Part shown: positions 1-14,217 of the stretch, in pieces
Layout of the letters: the number at the start of each line of letters is the position of its first letter
Numbering within the stretch: the first letter of the stretch is position 1
Origin: Malacoraja senta
Lineage: Eukaryota
DNA: 64,000 bases
Assembly: GCA_038087875.1 (NCBI GenBank)
Contig: CM075978.1
Location: 161,200,001 to 161,264,000 of the forward strand
Direction: 5' to 3'
Notes under the pieces: generated by a model
What the model saw: the letters and a program-made list of their open reading frames with translations, nothing else
Database searches by the model: none
Told to the model about the DNA's origin: nothing
Translations under genes and position numbers: made by a program

Positions 1-1319
1 ATACCACCCATTCACAGACAAAGACAGTAAAGGTGCACTATACAAATAGGAAGTGAAAGCCTCACACTTCTGTTAACTTGCCAGCAGCAGCCTGTGGGAG
101 GTCAGCCCACAACTCCTTGAGGTTCGCAGATCATCCAAGAGGATTGCACCCTGGACTATAACTTTAATCTCTCCGCATGACTTAGAGAGAGGGAACAGTA
201 GCCTGCGTTCATTCTCTCAATCAAAATGAGAGATTGTGAAAGGATTATTACTCCAGGTCCATAACCTAGGATCTGGAGAGAAGAAAATCGTGCGAGAAGA
301 AAAGTGATGGTTCTGATTCCTATCGCTGACTGACTGGCAACTGCTCCTGATTAACAACTAAGGATCCAAAGGAGGAAATATCAGCAAAGATTCTTGCTCC
401 CGATAACTATTCTTCAAGCTTTTTTGGAAACTTAATGTATATAGAATCAAGGGCAGCTCCGAGGCTTCACAAAGTCACCCCACTCATTATACTGTACTTA
501 GATTAAGGATAGGAAACATACTCCTGGTCTTGTTGCCGTCTTCCATACCACCAGTCTCTGCATGCAATTGTACATTCTTTCAAAATGATGCCGCCATGCA
601 ACATCTTCCCATCCCCTTTCAGCATTCAGTAATGACCATTCCCTTAGCGATACTCTGGCTCTCTCTTCCATCTGCGCTAACACCAACTTTCTGGCCATAT
701 TTCTGTTGCGTCTGCTTTCAGATTTATGTTGCGTGAAACTAAGCAATGGCAGATTGAGATTACCTGCAATTATAATGATGCCTGTTGGGGACATACAGAA
801 ACAGACTAAGTAATGAGCTAAAGGGGATTGCAGCAAATGATAATTGTAAGAATAATCCCATGAAAAGATGAATTCCAGAAAGAATATAACACCGAAGCTA
901 TCATTTTTGGTATTGATAAATCCTTCTGAATTTGGATAATTTTCAAGAGAAACTAATAAATAAAAAGCTCGACCAAGAGATGCTTCAGATGTTTGTCTGT
1001 CTGGTATATACCAGTTAATGGTTTCAATGGCTATGGAAAGGAACTGGAATTACATGGAAATTGAAAGGTATGCATCAGCTGTTACTATCATAAATCCTTA
1101 TCCCCACACTCAGAATGGAAAAAATGGACGTAAACACATCAGCCCTGCTGCACAGTCTAAAGCCATGGAGTTCCCAGTTTCTTAATGCATTCTACATCAT
1201 TTCATTTTTCACAATGACTGAAATTTCTAGATTCCAGAGCAAGAAGTTGTAACTAAACCTAAAATATTACGTATGTTACAACAATGACAAATTGTGTCTG
1301 CCAAAATCAAACGACTGCA

Positions 1320-2085
1320 GAATAAAATCTAAAGTCTTCTTTGTCCAAAATACATAAAAATACATCTGTTACGATATTGAACAGAATGAAAAACAGGATC
1401 ACTGTGTTTTACTCCTCGTCTCATTGGAATTGGTTCGGTATTCCAATTCACCCTGTTCCAAGTAGCCAGTGGTCAATTTCAAATATACATCCATAATTAG
1501 ACCAAAAATAATAACTGTTCACCCTCAAATAACACCGATTTGCTGCAATATTATGGCTGACAGCATGGGCTGGTGGATGGTATTTGGCCAGAAATTCTAA
1601 CGCTGTTTCTCTTTTTGGTCTAATTATGAATTTGTATTTATTTAGAATAAAGGGGTGGCCATTTAAGACTGAGGTGAGAAAAAACTTTTTCACCCAGAGA
1701 GTGGTGGATTTGTGGAATTCCCTGCCACAGAGGGCAGTGGAGGCCAAATCACTGGATGGATATAAGAGAGAGTTAGATGGAGCTCTGGGGGCTTGTGGAG
1801 TCGGGGGATGTGGGGAGAGGGCAGGCACGGGTTATTGATTGGCGACGATCAGCCATGATCACGATGAATGGCGGTGCTGGCTCGAAGGGCCGAATGGCCT
1901 CCTCCTGCACCTATTTTCTATGTTTCTATGTTTCTATTTGAAATTGACCACTGGCTACTTGGAACAAGGGAGAATTAGAATACTGAACCAATTCAAATGA
2001 GACGAGGAGTAAAACAGAGTGATCCTGTCTTTCATTCCGTTCAATATCGCTACAGATGTATTTTTATGTACTTCAGATTTTATTC
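1320..2085. repeat. Fold-back element (about 190-bp inverted arms, about 100-bp loop), MITE-like, interrupted by a CR1 insertion
   Basis: 1320-1485 is the reverse complement of 1935-2085 (e.g. TTCCAAGTAGCCAGTGGTCAATTTCAAATA / TATTTGAAATTGACCACTGGCTACTTGGAA). The inner arms CATAATTAGACCAAAAA / TTTTTGGTCTAATTATG continue the symmetry. Confidence 0.85.
1643..1937 (+). mobile_element. CR1/HER1 LINE 3' end, 5'-truncated
   Basis: ORF2 C-terminus RIKGWPFKTEVRKNFFTQRVVDLWNSLP, 3' UTR GGCTCGAAGGGCCGAATGGCCTCCTCCTGC and a (TTCTATGT)n tail. Confidence 0.93.
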
Positions 2086-2767
2086 ATATGGTGATGTGTT
2101 CAATGTTACCACTTTGGCCTTGCAGATCATGTTTCTGGTGAATGATTCACATAAAGGTATGGATAGAAACCTAGAAACCTTCTGGAAAGTTTCTGATTGG
2201 AGACTGCAAGTGACATTAACACAAAGATGACGGATGCTTTCTGTATAAGCGCTGAGCTTACATTTTTAATAAGATTGAAAAATAGAAAATTAACAATGCC
2301 AACTTGGAGTTTATAGCTCTGTCCAAAATATGGGTTTGGTATTGTGGTGTTGCAAATTAAATTTTGATTGGCAGAACAAGTATATGCAGCATATCCAATT
2401 TTCCTGGATATATCCGTCTGTTCACTTATCTTTACTGAGGAATAATTTCCTGTAGCTTCCGGTATTTTTAATTCAAAGGTTTTTTAATACGATTTCAAGT
2501 ATAATTTGAAGAGATGGCAACAGCATTGTCGGAATAAAATGAACTTAATTTTTGTAAATAGGCCATGCACAGGGGAGGAAAATATAAAATGGCAGCATTC
2601 TGATGGAGTTCTTGTAGCTTCTGTTTTATGCTCCATAAACTTCAGCGCGGGGACACAGGGGCTAGACATAGCGAATGAGAGGAAGAAAGATCATAGTTTT
2701 CTTCAAGTAAAATGAGCTTTACTTTGGAAGTCAAAAAAGTTGAAATTTGAAACTATCTATTTGCTAC

Positions 2768-3153
2768 ACGGGCAGATGGGGCTCATCAGCCTGGGAAGGC
2801 AGTCCATCCAGGAGAGCGAAAACTCTGATTTAAAACCCTCCACTGCCTTGTGGCCATATCCAGTCATGGAAAAGGCTCCAGGAGTAAACCTCAAGAAAAT
2901 CTGGAGTCGGAGCCCCTAAGGCAGTTCGTCGTTGTCTACAACCTCGTTCTGACAGCTCCTGGGACGGCGCTGGTGCCAAACTGTAATGGCCCTGCTGTTC
3001 CTTTGGATGAATCAGCGACGTGGAGAGGGGAGACGTGCTGCATGGGCAACAGCCTGTCCTCCATATGGCATCGCCCAGGCTTGCATCCGACCAGGATGCA
3101 TCACCCATGGTCAGTCATGACCGAAGGGGCCCTACTACTACTACTACTACTAG
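2768..3153 (+). mobile_element. Short non-autonomous retroposon, probably RTE-clade derived, with (TAC)n tail and 10-bp TSD
   Basis: TATTTGCTAC is duplicated at 2758-2767 and 3154-3163. The element ends in (CTA)n. Its 5' motif GGAAGGCAGTCCATCCAGGAGAGCGAAAACTCTGATTTAAAACC resembles RTE 5' UTRs (recalled, not searched). Confidence 0.7.
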
Positions 3154-6100
3154 TATTTGCTACGTTTTTGTTTTGGGTGGCAGCTGACTAAAGACCAATG
3201 ATCCTGTGCACACCTCTGAAACAAATACTCGCTTCTTATCATCACGAAAGGGATAGAGAAACACAAATAGCAGAGTGGTGAAGCAGTTTCTACACTCAGT
3301 CCATTATGTTTTCTTTTTTAACTGTAATCAAAACCACCTAGAGGAAACACGTCTTATTAGAGGAGGCAATGGAAATTGCGAGGTTGGACGGGCTTTTGAC
3401 CTAAGAGTCAGCGGGTTGGTGGGAAAGCAGATGGATGGTTCTGAGTGAGGCAAGTGATGTGGGAAAGTGGGAGTGGGCCAAAACGATGCGAGATTGTCAC
3501 ATAGAGATGAGGGGAGCAGAGGAATGTTAAGACGAAAGGTTGAAGCTCAATGGATGTGACCAAAAATGCAATTGCTGAATGCATTTTCCCCACAAGCCCG
3601 AGAGATGATGCTGCTGCCCCACCAGAACGGGCCATGATATCCTTCCCAAAAGAGACAAACATTTGAGAGAGGAGAAATAAATGTTGGTAGAATCACATGA
3701 GGAAGGAAAGGCAAAGCAGAACCAAAAAAACAATACCTGGAGTGACAGGAAGAAGACTATATTCTTTCATTTTTTCATTTATACAAAGACAAATATGGAT
3801 CTTGTTTTGCTAACCACTTACATCAATCTTTTGTATCTTTTCAATGGACAGAAAAAGAGAGTCTTGATTTAAATTGAAGACCATCAAAGTGCTCCCTATT
3901 CCTGTTTATTAGTCACTGGTAAGTTCATGACTGTGTACAAAGACAACCAAATCTCATCAAAACCCAGCACTAACTCATTCTTTTTTCGATTAAAAAAAAA
4001 CATTTTGGTGATTCTACCTGAAAGTCATGAAAGTATCCACTTCCAAATGGGTGGTGGGTCACTGGAGGGCATTCGCAAGTGCCGGGCATGCTTTTCTTTA
4101 GAGAAGCAAGGTTCTTTAATATACATTGAACCAGCAGCCCTTTCCAAATGGACCGGTATCTCACTGCATCTGACTGCAGGATGGGACAACTTGTCTGACC
4201 TCTCCCAGCACCTCTACTACATAGAAGAACCAGGGCAGTAAGCACATGGGATCACCATTACATGCATGTTTCTCTCTGGCCCCACACTGTGTACTCATGT
4301 TGACAATATCATCCAATATCAGGGCTTTCTTTATACATAAAAAGATGCTGGTATGCATAACATACGTATTCCTTTGTTGATATTTATAATGGAAACTGCC
4401 TATGTGGTATTATTACCCCATCCACAGAAATACCATCAGTGGTTGGGAAAATTAATTGCAGCATGACGCAACTGCACAGGCATTTTCCATTATAAAATAA
4501 TGGAAACATGGAAACAATGGAAATTTAAAAAAAACAACACAAAGTTTATGACTTAAAAATGGGGACCTAATTATATTGGCACACCTTGGTTCAATTATTG
4601 ATAGCCTGTAACTCTGTAGCATCTGGAGATTACATTTGGTCTCCTCATTCCCATATCTAAGGGACTTGAACATCATCTGTACATCTCTCGCATGGTGTAG
4701 GATTTGGAGACTCACACGACATGTATTGCCCAACAATGTCGGTATTGCACACAGAGTACAACGAGGGAAATTTGACGGCGCAGTTTCATTGGAAATAATT
4801 GTGTCATAGAAAATGCATGCTATGTGACTCAATATAATAAAAAAGTAACATGGCTTTCAAACCTCCAAAACAGCCAGCATGTCACAAATTGCTTGTGAAT
4901 AATTGTGGGAAGACACAGATGAGCTGATTGCATCTGGCCTGGTGCTGTGATTGGAATGAAGTCAGAGCTGGGCAGTTCAACTCCATGAAGTGAAGTGATG
5001 AAACAAGAGCTCAGGAATGGATTACGCAAGAAAACTATATTTTTGACAATTCCACATTGCTTAATCCTATCCGGAAAGCTACATATAGAAGGATACCAAT
5101 TGTCAGCTTAGAAATCAAAGTAATCCATTGAATTAACGATACAGCCTCCTTCAACGGCAATTTTTGAAAATGGTTAATTGGAGATTATTTAACACTATTA
5201 AAATATTAAAGAACTTCTATAAATTTTAAAATATTCTAAACTAAATAAAATAAATCCTTGAAGTACGGAACAAGCCATCACTTTTTCCAGAGCCTCTTTC
5301 CTCAAAGGGCCAACAGGCCCATAACCTCTCAACATGGGTATCCTGCCCACTGTCCACAGATGGGCAAGGCCATGACAAGCCCCTTCTTTTAAAACAAGAC
5401 AACTGAAATGGCATCTCTCCTTTCTCTGAGAATCCGCTTCTGCTTAACGATAATTATCCATTTGCACCTAATAAAAATAATGTACGACATCTGGAGATTT
5501 CAAGCGATGGAGAATGAACATGTGTTGAGACAGTCATACATCAGAAGCCTCCGAATTTTATCCTGCCAGGAAAATAAATGTCATCATCTACATACTACTG
5601 TGTACTCTGGATCTACTTCAGACTTACTGAATAAAATCCACAAACACAATGCAATCTTTCACTCATATCCTTTCAAATCGCCCGGTTTTCTTTTTGCTCA
5701 GTTCCTTGAGTGATTGTCATTTGAGTGAATAAATAATAAATGAGTGCAAGAGGCCTGAGCACCAGATGTGGCTGAAACAGGTCAAACAGGACAACAGTTA
5801 CTGCAGAAATTTAGTGTCAAGGAAACATATGCTGCAGGAATGCCACGGCAAGTAAAACTGTCCATCTTCTCTAAACTGCTTTCACCGGAGAGCAAAACTC
5901 AGAGGCACTGTTTTTAAGGTAGATTTTAATTTACCGCATCGGTATGGTGTTCTCAGCTAAGATGCCCGCGGAACGGTGCCTTTACACCTCAGATGGACGC
6001 AATTCTTTAAGTCTTGATTGAAGCTAATTTTCCAAACCCGCGGGCCAAGTATTCCATGTGTGCTGTTTTCTTAGTGGGTCCGAGGCACATGTGTCTGACT

Positions 6101-8453
6101 TTAAAATGATGTCTATCTCCTACCAGCTGACACAGCAAGGTCAGCCCTGAAGTTGTGGAAGAGTTTAAAATCTTCAGCGGCTGCCAAACTGGAAGTTAAT
6201 GGCAACAATGGAAAAACCTTTAAGGCCAAGAAAACAGACCTTTTTTTCTGTTGGCTTACTGAACTTAAATTTCAAACTAGTAAATCAAGCTAACCTATTG
6301 GTTTTTTTAAAAACATGGTGTTTATCAATTGCACTGCAGCACTTTTAATTTACTCTGCGATGCTATTATTCTCCTGTACAGCTTTCCAATGACAGTACAA
6401 ATAAGTGCTTCCGACAGTTAACTTTCACGACTAAATAAAGAACAGTTAGCAGAACTTTCAAAAATTAGGAGTAAGCAGAAAGTACCAGAGAGCTTGGCCA
6501 AATATAAATTAATTTTGAATGAGATGCGCTGGTCAATTTATTTAATTTTGCATAGACATGCATCTGGCGGGTTACGTGGACTCATAAAAAGTGCCAAAAC
6601 AGAGGGCTTTTTTCTCAGAGCATCTGCGTGTTTGGTTGCTCAGTTTAACTACTTTGTAATAAACACCAAAGGGATTACAAGCTTCATCGCTCTGAATGTA
6701 GCATGCAGACTTGGGAAGGAGCAGCTAGTACGTTCTTTCAACATCTTCCAGCAATCAAACTAAAGCAAGTACTATTTAAAGTACTACATTGGGTCAGAGG
6801 ATTGGCTATCGTTCCCTTCACAATGTGCTTGAAGTAGATCTCAATATTTTATTTTATTGTTTGCACCACAAGGATTGAAGCTGACACTTCAAAAAGCCAT
6901 CTTCGTACCGGTCCTCAGATCATAAAGAGTTAAATTTAGGCTGATTAAATGACATTGCTTTTGTAAGTATAGGGAGGTTAGAAAGCCAGGTTAACCACAT
7001 CTGACCTCTTGCACAGCTCCAGACATTAAAATGTCAGTCTCAATCAAAGATCAGGCGTCAAAAATGATTACATTGCAGACCTGACATTACCCACACATAC
7101 AACAATCTGCTGTAGCACCATACATTATACCAAAGCCACACAGAAAACCTACCCAGGACACCATCCCACATGAGTGTGGTGGTTATTTTTCTCTCTCTTG
7201 CATCTACATCAGTCAGCTAAAGTACTTTTGACAGGGACATCACATAAACTTCCATCTCCCAGTGAAAAAAAATCTAAGAGCCAATTAGGTAATTATTAAT
7301 TCATGCCATTTTCCGTAAGTCCCGTGTTTTCAGCATCGTGTGCCTATAATACAATACCGTAAACTAATAAACTTTTGCGGCTATAAATTTGCCTGCCTTT
7401 CTCTCACTTATTAATAATAAAAATTCACTGCTGTGCAACACTTTAACCTTTTAATCACTGACTGCTGTTATCACCGTGGACATGCCAGATATAATTCATT
7501 TGTTTACTGGCTTCGGCAACAATTTGCATCTAAAAATAGTTCCGCTTACTTTCAACAATGGCGAAGAGAACTGTGTTTTCCAAAAAAGAGAGGCAGGTTG
7601 TGTGGTGTCAGAAAGGTTAGCACAAAACTGCAATTTGGTTGACCTTCCTTGTGTGGGTTCTCACCTCATACCTCTACAGCATCAGTGTAGGTCAAGCAAG
7701 GGTATGATTTTTGACGGTTCTATGTTCGACATCATTTTTGTTTTAAGATCAGGGTGGAAGAACACCACTGCCATACATAGTCTCTCCTGTTCAAAGCGAT
7801 TCTGCAGAGAACTTAAGGTTACCTGTTTCATTATACAATGGATCTGTCTGCACCAGTTAAATGTACTGCTAGTTACTCTTGTGGATTAAGTGCTTATGCA
7901 GAGAATATTATAAATGAAGCTTGTTATGCTATCAGATGTTACTTGATGCAGTTGCGTGAGTAACTGCGGTATACAGATATAACATTCCCATAGTCTCATT
8001 CACGATATATTGGAAAATTTAAAGTTGAAGGAGAAATTTGTATCTTACGTAAACATTTTACACTGCTATCCTAATGGTTTAGAAGTGATAACATGAATAA
8101 TAGTATTCAGGGATAATCTGGCGCATTTGTTTGGGAAGAAAGTGATGCTGCAGATCACAGAATAAGGGTACACAAAGCAAAATAATTGTCTTTAAAAGTG
8201 GGACATAAATGCAGTTAATGCAAAATATTCAGATATTTATTCAACACAGGAGATCAGGAGATCTCAGGGAAATTAAAGGTTTAAGAATTGTTCTTGCAAA
8301 ATTGAATACTAAAATTATATTTCATAATGTGGTACAGCCCAATGCAAGGAATATAAAAATGATGCTGATTTTTATATTCAGATTTATATGAAAAACCAAT
8401 CTCCTGTGCATTTCACTCAAGTTCCATTTAATTAGTACCAAGAAAAAACTGAA

Positions 8454-8771
8454 GGGCAGCACAGTGGCACAGCTGGTAGACATGCTGCCTCACATTGCTG
8501 GAGACCTGGGTTCAATCCTGACCTTGAATGCTATCTGTGAGGAGTTTGCATGTTCTCCCTATGACCGCATGCGTTACCTTGGGTGTTTGAGTTTCCTCCT
8601 GCATCCATAAGATATGCAGGTTTGTAGGTTAATTGGCTTCTGTAAATTGCCCCAAGTGCAAAGGGAGTGGATTGCAAATTGGGATAATTGGTGTAAATGG
8701 GTGAACAATGGTCGGTGTGGACCCCATGAGGCAAGTGACGTGTTTCCATGCAGTACCTTAATCAATCAATC
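8454..8771 (+). mobile_element. HE1-type tRNA-derived V-SINE
   Basis: A-box TGGCACAGCTGG, B-box GGTTCAATCC, V-domain GGAGTTTGCATGTTCTCCC and a CR1-like tail. Confidence 0.85.
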
Positions 8772-8778
8772 GAGGGTT

Positions 8779-9172
8779 TTGTGTAGGAAGGAACTGCAGA
8801 TGCTGGTTTAAATCAAAGATAGATAGACACAAAATGCTGGATTCTCAGCGGGACAGGCAGCATCTCTGGAGAGAAGGAATGGGTGATGTTTCGGGTTGAG
8901 ACCCTTCTTCAGACTGATGTCAAGGGAGAGGGAGATACGTAGATAAGGAAGTGTAAGGTGTGAATACAGGACAAAGGGAATTGAGATCAATGGAAATGTA
9001 GAATAGATCTTTGTGAGCTGTGAGAGCAAACAGAGATAAAATGTAGTCGGAGACAGTAAGACTGGTCAGAGAACTGGGAAGGGGAGGGATGGAGAGAGGG
9101 GGAAAGCAAAGGTTACTTGAAGTTAGAGAAGACAATGTTCATACCGCTAGGGCGTAAGCTGCCTAAGCAAAA
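8779..9172 (-). mobile_element. Penelope-like element fragment: GIY-YIG C-terminus plus pLTR with hammerhead motif
   Basis: Minus strand encodes FCLGSLRPSGMNIVFSNFK*, followed by CTGAAGA-AGGGTCTCAACCC-GAAACATC at 8881-8917. Confidence 0.85.
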
Positions 9173-12100
9173 TCAAGAATTTTGGTACATTATTGTAGTT
9201 GTTAGAATTTAACTTAAATGGAAGCTTGCACATTGAGTGGAGGGATTTTTTTTAACGCAATTCCGAGGGCATATCTAATAAGAATGCATTTACAGAATTA
9301 AAATGCAGGTTAAAAGTATCAAGGCCCTCCTGTGCTTCATGAGTAGTTTGCAGGAATTACACAATGCATGTGCATTGTTTCTCTTCTATTAAGAACCTTG
9401 TATTTTACTCGCATGATAGATGTGAATTGGATCAGATTCTAGATTCTTTTACGACCCTGAAAATCAATGTTGATGGCATATCTGTCAACAGGTTGTATTT
9501 AAACTTAGGGGTAAGTTGGAAATGGGCTAATTTTCCTTCTCAATTGGAACATTTCTGTAGCAAATATTTTGGAGGTAGATAGGGTCCAGTTTACTGGGCT
9601 ACTGAGCCAAGAAGTCTCTCATTTTTATATAAACAGAATTTCTTTCTCTATTGCCCTGCCCTAGAAGAGTGACTAAGTGGTAACTTATGTCTAAAGTAAT
9701 TTCTAACACGCATGATCTATTGTCCATAGTGTCCGCATAGTTATCCAGCAGAAGCATTTTGGCTGATTTGATTTTACTCTGTATAAAGCTATGTTTTTTA
9801 AATTACATCAAGAATGATGCATTTTTTATGTAATATTTTCAGACAGAATTTCATCAATCATTTGTTACCTATTGAATTACTGGTATTTTGGTTGCAGTTC
9901 AAATAAATCAATTTCAATATATGGCAAAAATGAATATTAATCAGTCAGAATATCTTTATGAGTGACATTATAATGTGAAATATGAAGATGAAATTCTTGC
10001 CATCAAAACAGATTCAGAATACCAGATTTGACCAATAAAAGAGATATCTGTCTAATAAAAGCTTCCTTTGACTTTTTTGTTTCTGGGGCATTATCTACCT
10101 GAGTGAAAACAATGGGAGAGGGCTAGGGATTCAGGCTCGGCTCTATAAAGCCAGAGCTTCACAGAGAAAAAAAATGCCAATCAGGTCCATTCTTATTAAG
10201 ACATAATGCATTCATGGATTAAATTGTCTGAAGTGTCTGAGGTTTATTATTTATCCAGAATGGAAATATTCCATCCTTCCATGCTCCAAGCATGCTACAT
10301 CATTTATAAAGATGGCAGACCATCATTGATGTACGGCACTGATGTTAAAAACCCAAACAATCTAACCTTTATGACATTTTCCTTCACGATTCTCTGCCTC
10401 TCAAAAGATTTTAGGTATCATCAATTAGGTTAATTTTTGCTTCGGAAATCATCTTCCATCTTTATTTATGGCTCTGTGGAAAAAATTACCCTTGAGTGAT
10501 TTAATTGAATGTGAAGGCTATGGTATATTAGACAGCTTTAATACTCGTTACTTCTGATTTTGCAGTCTAGGTAGGTCATTAAACAGGCAGCAGTGAATAG
10601 GATTCAAAAATCATACCTACATTACATCTCCCTCCAAATGTCTCAGCTTTACAGTTAACTTGTCAATCTATATTTAAAAAACTGACAGCAGGGATGTTTT
10701 TCAAGAGGTGAGTTTGTGCCTTGGTAGCTGCAACCCAAGGGGTCCTGACTCTTAACAAAGGGACCCAATTTCAGATTCCAGTCTCAGCTGGTTTTCACAC
10801 TGAGGGTTTCTTCCTATTTGCTGGCCTTGGCAATGTCATCAGAGTGGAAGGAGAAATCTGACTTGTGAAAGAGGCTGTGCGGGCGGGACAAGGGGTCCAT
10901 CGATGGTGATTACGACAATTTTGGAAGAGTCCACAGATTTGTTGTTTTTGCTCTTCCCATGTTAAGTGTGCAGCGAGAGATAGGAGGGACGAGGAATCAA
11001 AATGCCACAATAAACAGCTCACGGTTTACATTAAATCGCTGTTATATTTCTGCACCACTCTGCATGATCATGTTGCAAACAACTGCCTGGCATTTACATT
11101 TTACTGGCATATTGGCAAAGATTTAATGATACTCTTGGCTATTGAGACACTGCCTTGGCTTTCTTCTGCATTCTTTGTGCCATCAGCAGCTGAGAGCAAA
11201 GTTAAAAATTCAATTTGGATGAGAGATCCTTTGAAAATAAATGATTGATCATTATTGATAAGATGTGATAATTAAGGAGTGTAGAACAAAACCTAGTTAA
11301 AGCCATAATAAGGAAACTGGATATTTGACATTCTATTATGTTTTTACTAAATAACGTAATTTATATATTTTCATGTGAAACAGTCATATTTCAGTCATAT
11401 TGCACCCTGGAGCCTCTCACAATAGAAATGAATGAAAAAGCAAAATAGTCTCAGGCAGATGTATTAGAAATTAATAGTCTTGCAATATCTTCATTTCTTA
11501 TGTTTGCCTGACAATTAAAACTGGATCTTCCATTCCTTTCTTCTTCAGAGATTAAACAAAATGTAAAGCTCTGAACAGATTAACATAAAATAAAGTTTTT
11601 TTTCCCCACCATTTTTTATTCACCTTACATTCTCTGTGTCCTTTCAGCTGTTTGTCCAGCCAGCTCATTGTATCACAGATGTATTCTGCACATCAAGCAC
11701 TCAGAGAAGGAAAAAATACTGCTGTTCAAGTAAAGATGCGCATGACCTATTTTTTCAATTTCAGTAATTAGGGAGGCATGGGGCCTGAAGGAATTATTCA
11801 TGAATGCAGGAGCCCTGCTGTATACATTTATGTTAAACATGTCAAAGCCTATCGAAATCATGCCTGCCAGCACTATACACCATAAACACACTTCCATGAC
11901 AACTTTTCTTTGCTTGCAGTCCATTAATACCATCTTTAATAGCTCTTGCTCCCTTCCTCTCTCTGCAACTCAAATCAGAAACGGTCCATTTCACTAATCG
12001 CACAACGTTAGGTGAGCAACTCCAACCTTTAGGCCATGGTTTCATAAATATTTTATTTTTAGTACAGGAACTTGTGGAGAAGAATAAGGCACAGCAATGA

Positions 12101-12547
12101 TTAGACACTTTCAGAGACAGTTTGCTCAGAGAAACCCTCTGTTATTAGCCAGGTAATCAACGGGTTTTGATGATGTTACTTCCCGGTTTTAGTATTACCT
12201 TTCATTTTTTCATGTTGTCTATTCACATTTCCCAGCCTTTGGTACCAATTTCTTTGAAACATTAATTGTGATGACAACCATCCAACACTATTTTTAAATA
12301 TTAACCTGAAGGGCTTGTATTATTTTGCCTACACGTCGAGCATTACATTTTGTTATTCGTTAACCAAGAAAATATATCAGCGATATTTTATTTTTAGTAC
12401 AGGAACTACAGAATGCCTTCAAAGATGATGCTCGCTGTTGCCTATCTATTTTAACTCTTGTGTTATTATGTTCCAATGTGATATTCAGAACTCATTAGAG
12501 AATGAAATACCTGCATCTGCCTTCTTTTATGATTATTTGTCAAGTAA

Positions 12548-12688
12548 AAGACATTTGGACAGATATGCAGATAAGAAGGGATTGGAGGGCCATGTGCCAA
12601 ATGCAGACAAATTGGACTAGCGGAACCTTGGACGCATGGACAAGGTGGGCTGAAGGGCCTGTTTCTGTCCTGTGCTCTGCGACTCTAT
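12548..12688 (+). mobile_element. CR1 3' tail fragment
   Basis: KRHLDRYADKKGLEG followed by the tail GGGCTGAAGGGCCTGTTTCTG. Confidence 0.75.
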
Positions 12689-14217
12689 TGGTGAATTCCA
12701 CCCTAATTCTTGACCAGGAATGTACAATATCTTCAGTTACACAGATTCCAACACAAAAGCAATCACACATTATTGATGGTCTCTCTGTTTTACACGTTAA
12801 ATATGAAGAATCACATTTATAGTATGAAATTAATAATCTTATGCCTCAAAATGGCATGCTCCATGTTCCTTACATTTGTAATAAGTAAAATATTTCTCAA
12901 ACTTTTTTTTTTACAAATACAATAAAGCCTATTTATATTTTCGAACCAATTTTCTACAAGGTAGAAGTCGACAGTGTTTGGTTTTGTATCCCTTCTCTGC
13001 AAAGAAAAATCCATGGACCTTCTCCCTCCATTCTTCATGTCAAATAGATAAGGATAACAGTGAGATACAGTAATTACCTCCAGCCAGTGGGAATATTGAT
13101 ATTTACATCAATGCATACCTTAACATTATATATAAAATCATTGCTCCTTAAATTAATTTAAATGATGAGGGCAGGTTTGTCGATCGATAATGGGAGTGTC
13201 TGAGGCAGAGATTAAGCTCTAAACTGGTAACTTCTCTTTTTCAAAAATGCATAAGGTTTTATTAAGGAATAACTCAGCCGGCTAACTACCAAAAATCTAA
13301 GTTCAAATTCACCGGTGCTGGATCAGAGAAAATAAATCTGTCGTCTTGGCCTGAAGCCAGAGCAGCAACTCTGTAAACGCAGCAGCAGATGAGCTGGTTG
13401 GTGTTTTATAGACCAGCCACTTGCTATGCAAAAATAAAGCTGTAAAACTATGTTCAAGTGTTAAATCTCGGTGCGCTATTTTCAGATTCATAATTATATT
13501 AAGTTGCAAAGCAAAACATTATACACGACTTGTGCCTGAATTCTATCTTATTCAAGGCTCATATGATTTTAGGTAATGTTTCTGCTACTGGTTCTGGAAG
13601 TTAGACTGTAGTTCACTGAGTACTAATAGAACAGTTCTGATCTCTGATGCTGAGTAAATCTTAAATCATTGACATTGTCCCTCTTCCTGTGTCCCCACTT
13701 TTCTGCTCTGTCAAATGCTAGTGAAGTCACATTTCAACATGGGGAGGATTTAAGAGAATTTTGTTTGATTGCACACCTTGCAGTTTGAAAGCTTCTGTGA
13801 GGAAACTCTGGGCTCCTACTAATTCTACAGTGGCTTGTCTCGTAAAAACGAAAACCTTGACTTTACCATATGAAGGGATCGGGCAAGTGACTTCTGACTG
13901 CAAAGTATGAACATCTGAGATGGTGGGAAAAGTGTACATGAAAAGTAATCACGTAAAATTATAATTTATCGGCTACAAAAGTACGCATCACTGGTTTCAG
14001 GATGTGGAATCACAGAGATTGTTGCAGTGGAATGTGCATTGTGCATCCTCCAACATGGACTGCCACAGGCATTGCAACACCTACCGTAATGAAAGCTTTC
14101 ATACCAAGCCTTTGCCAGGAGAGCAGTAAAATGTAGTGACTTACAGACCATAAAGTAAACCTGTCGGATATTTGTTTTGGTATTTCCCAGTTGCAAGTTA
14201 TAGCTGATATAGAGTTA

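Noticed and set aside
2770-2800. Minus-strand CTGATGAG as a hammerhead core in the RTE-like element
   Set aside because: No stem II closure or GAAA follows it.
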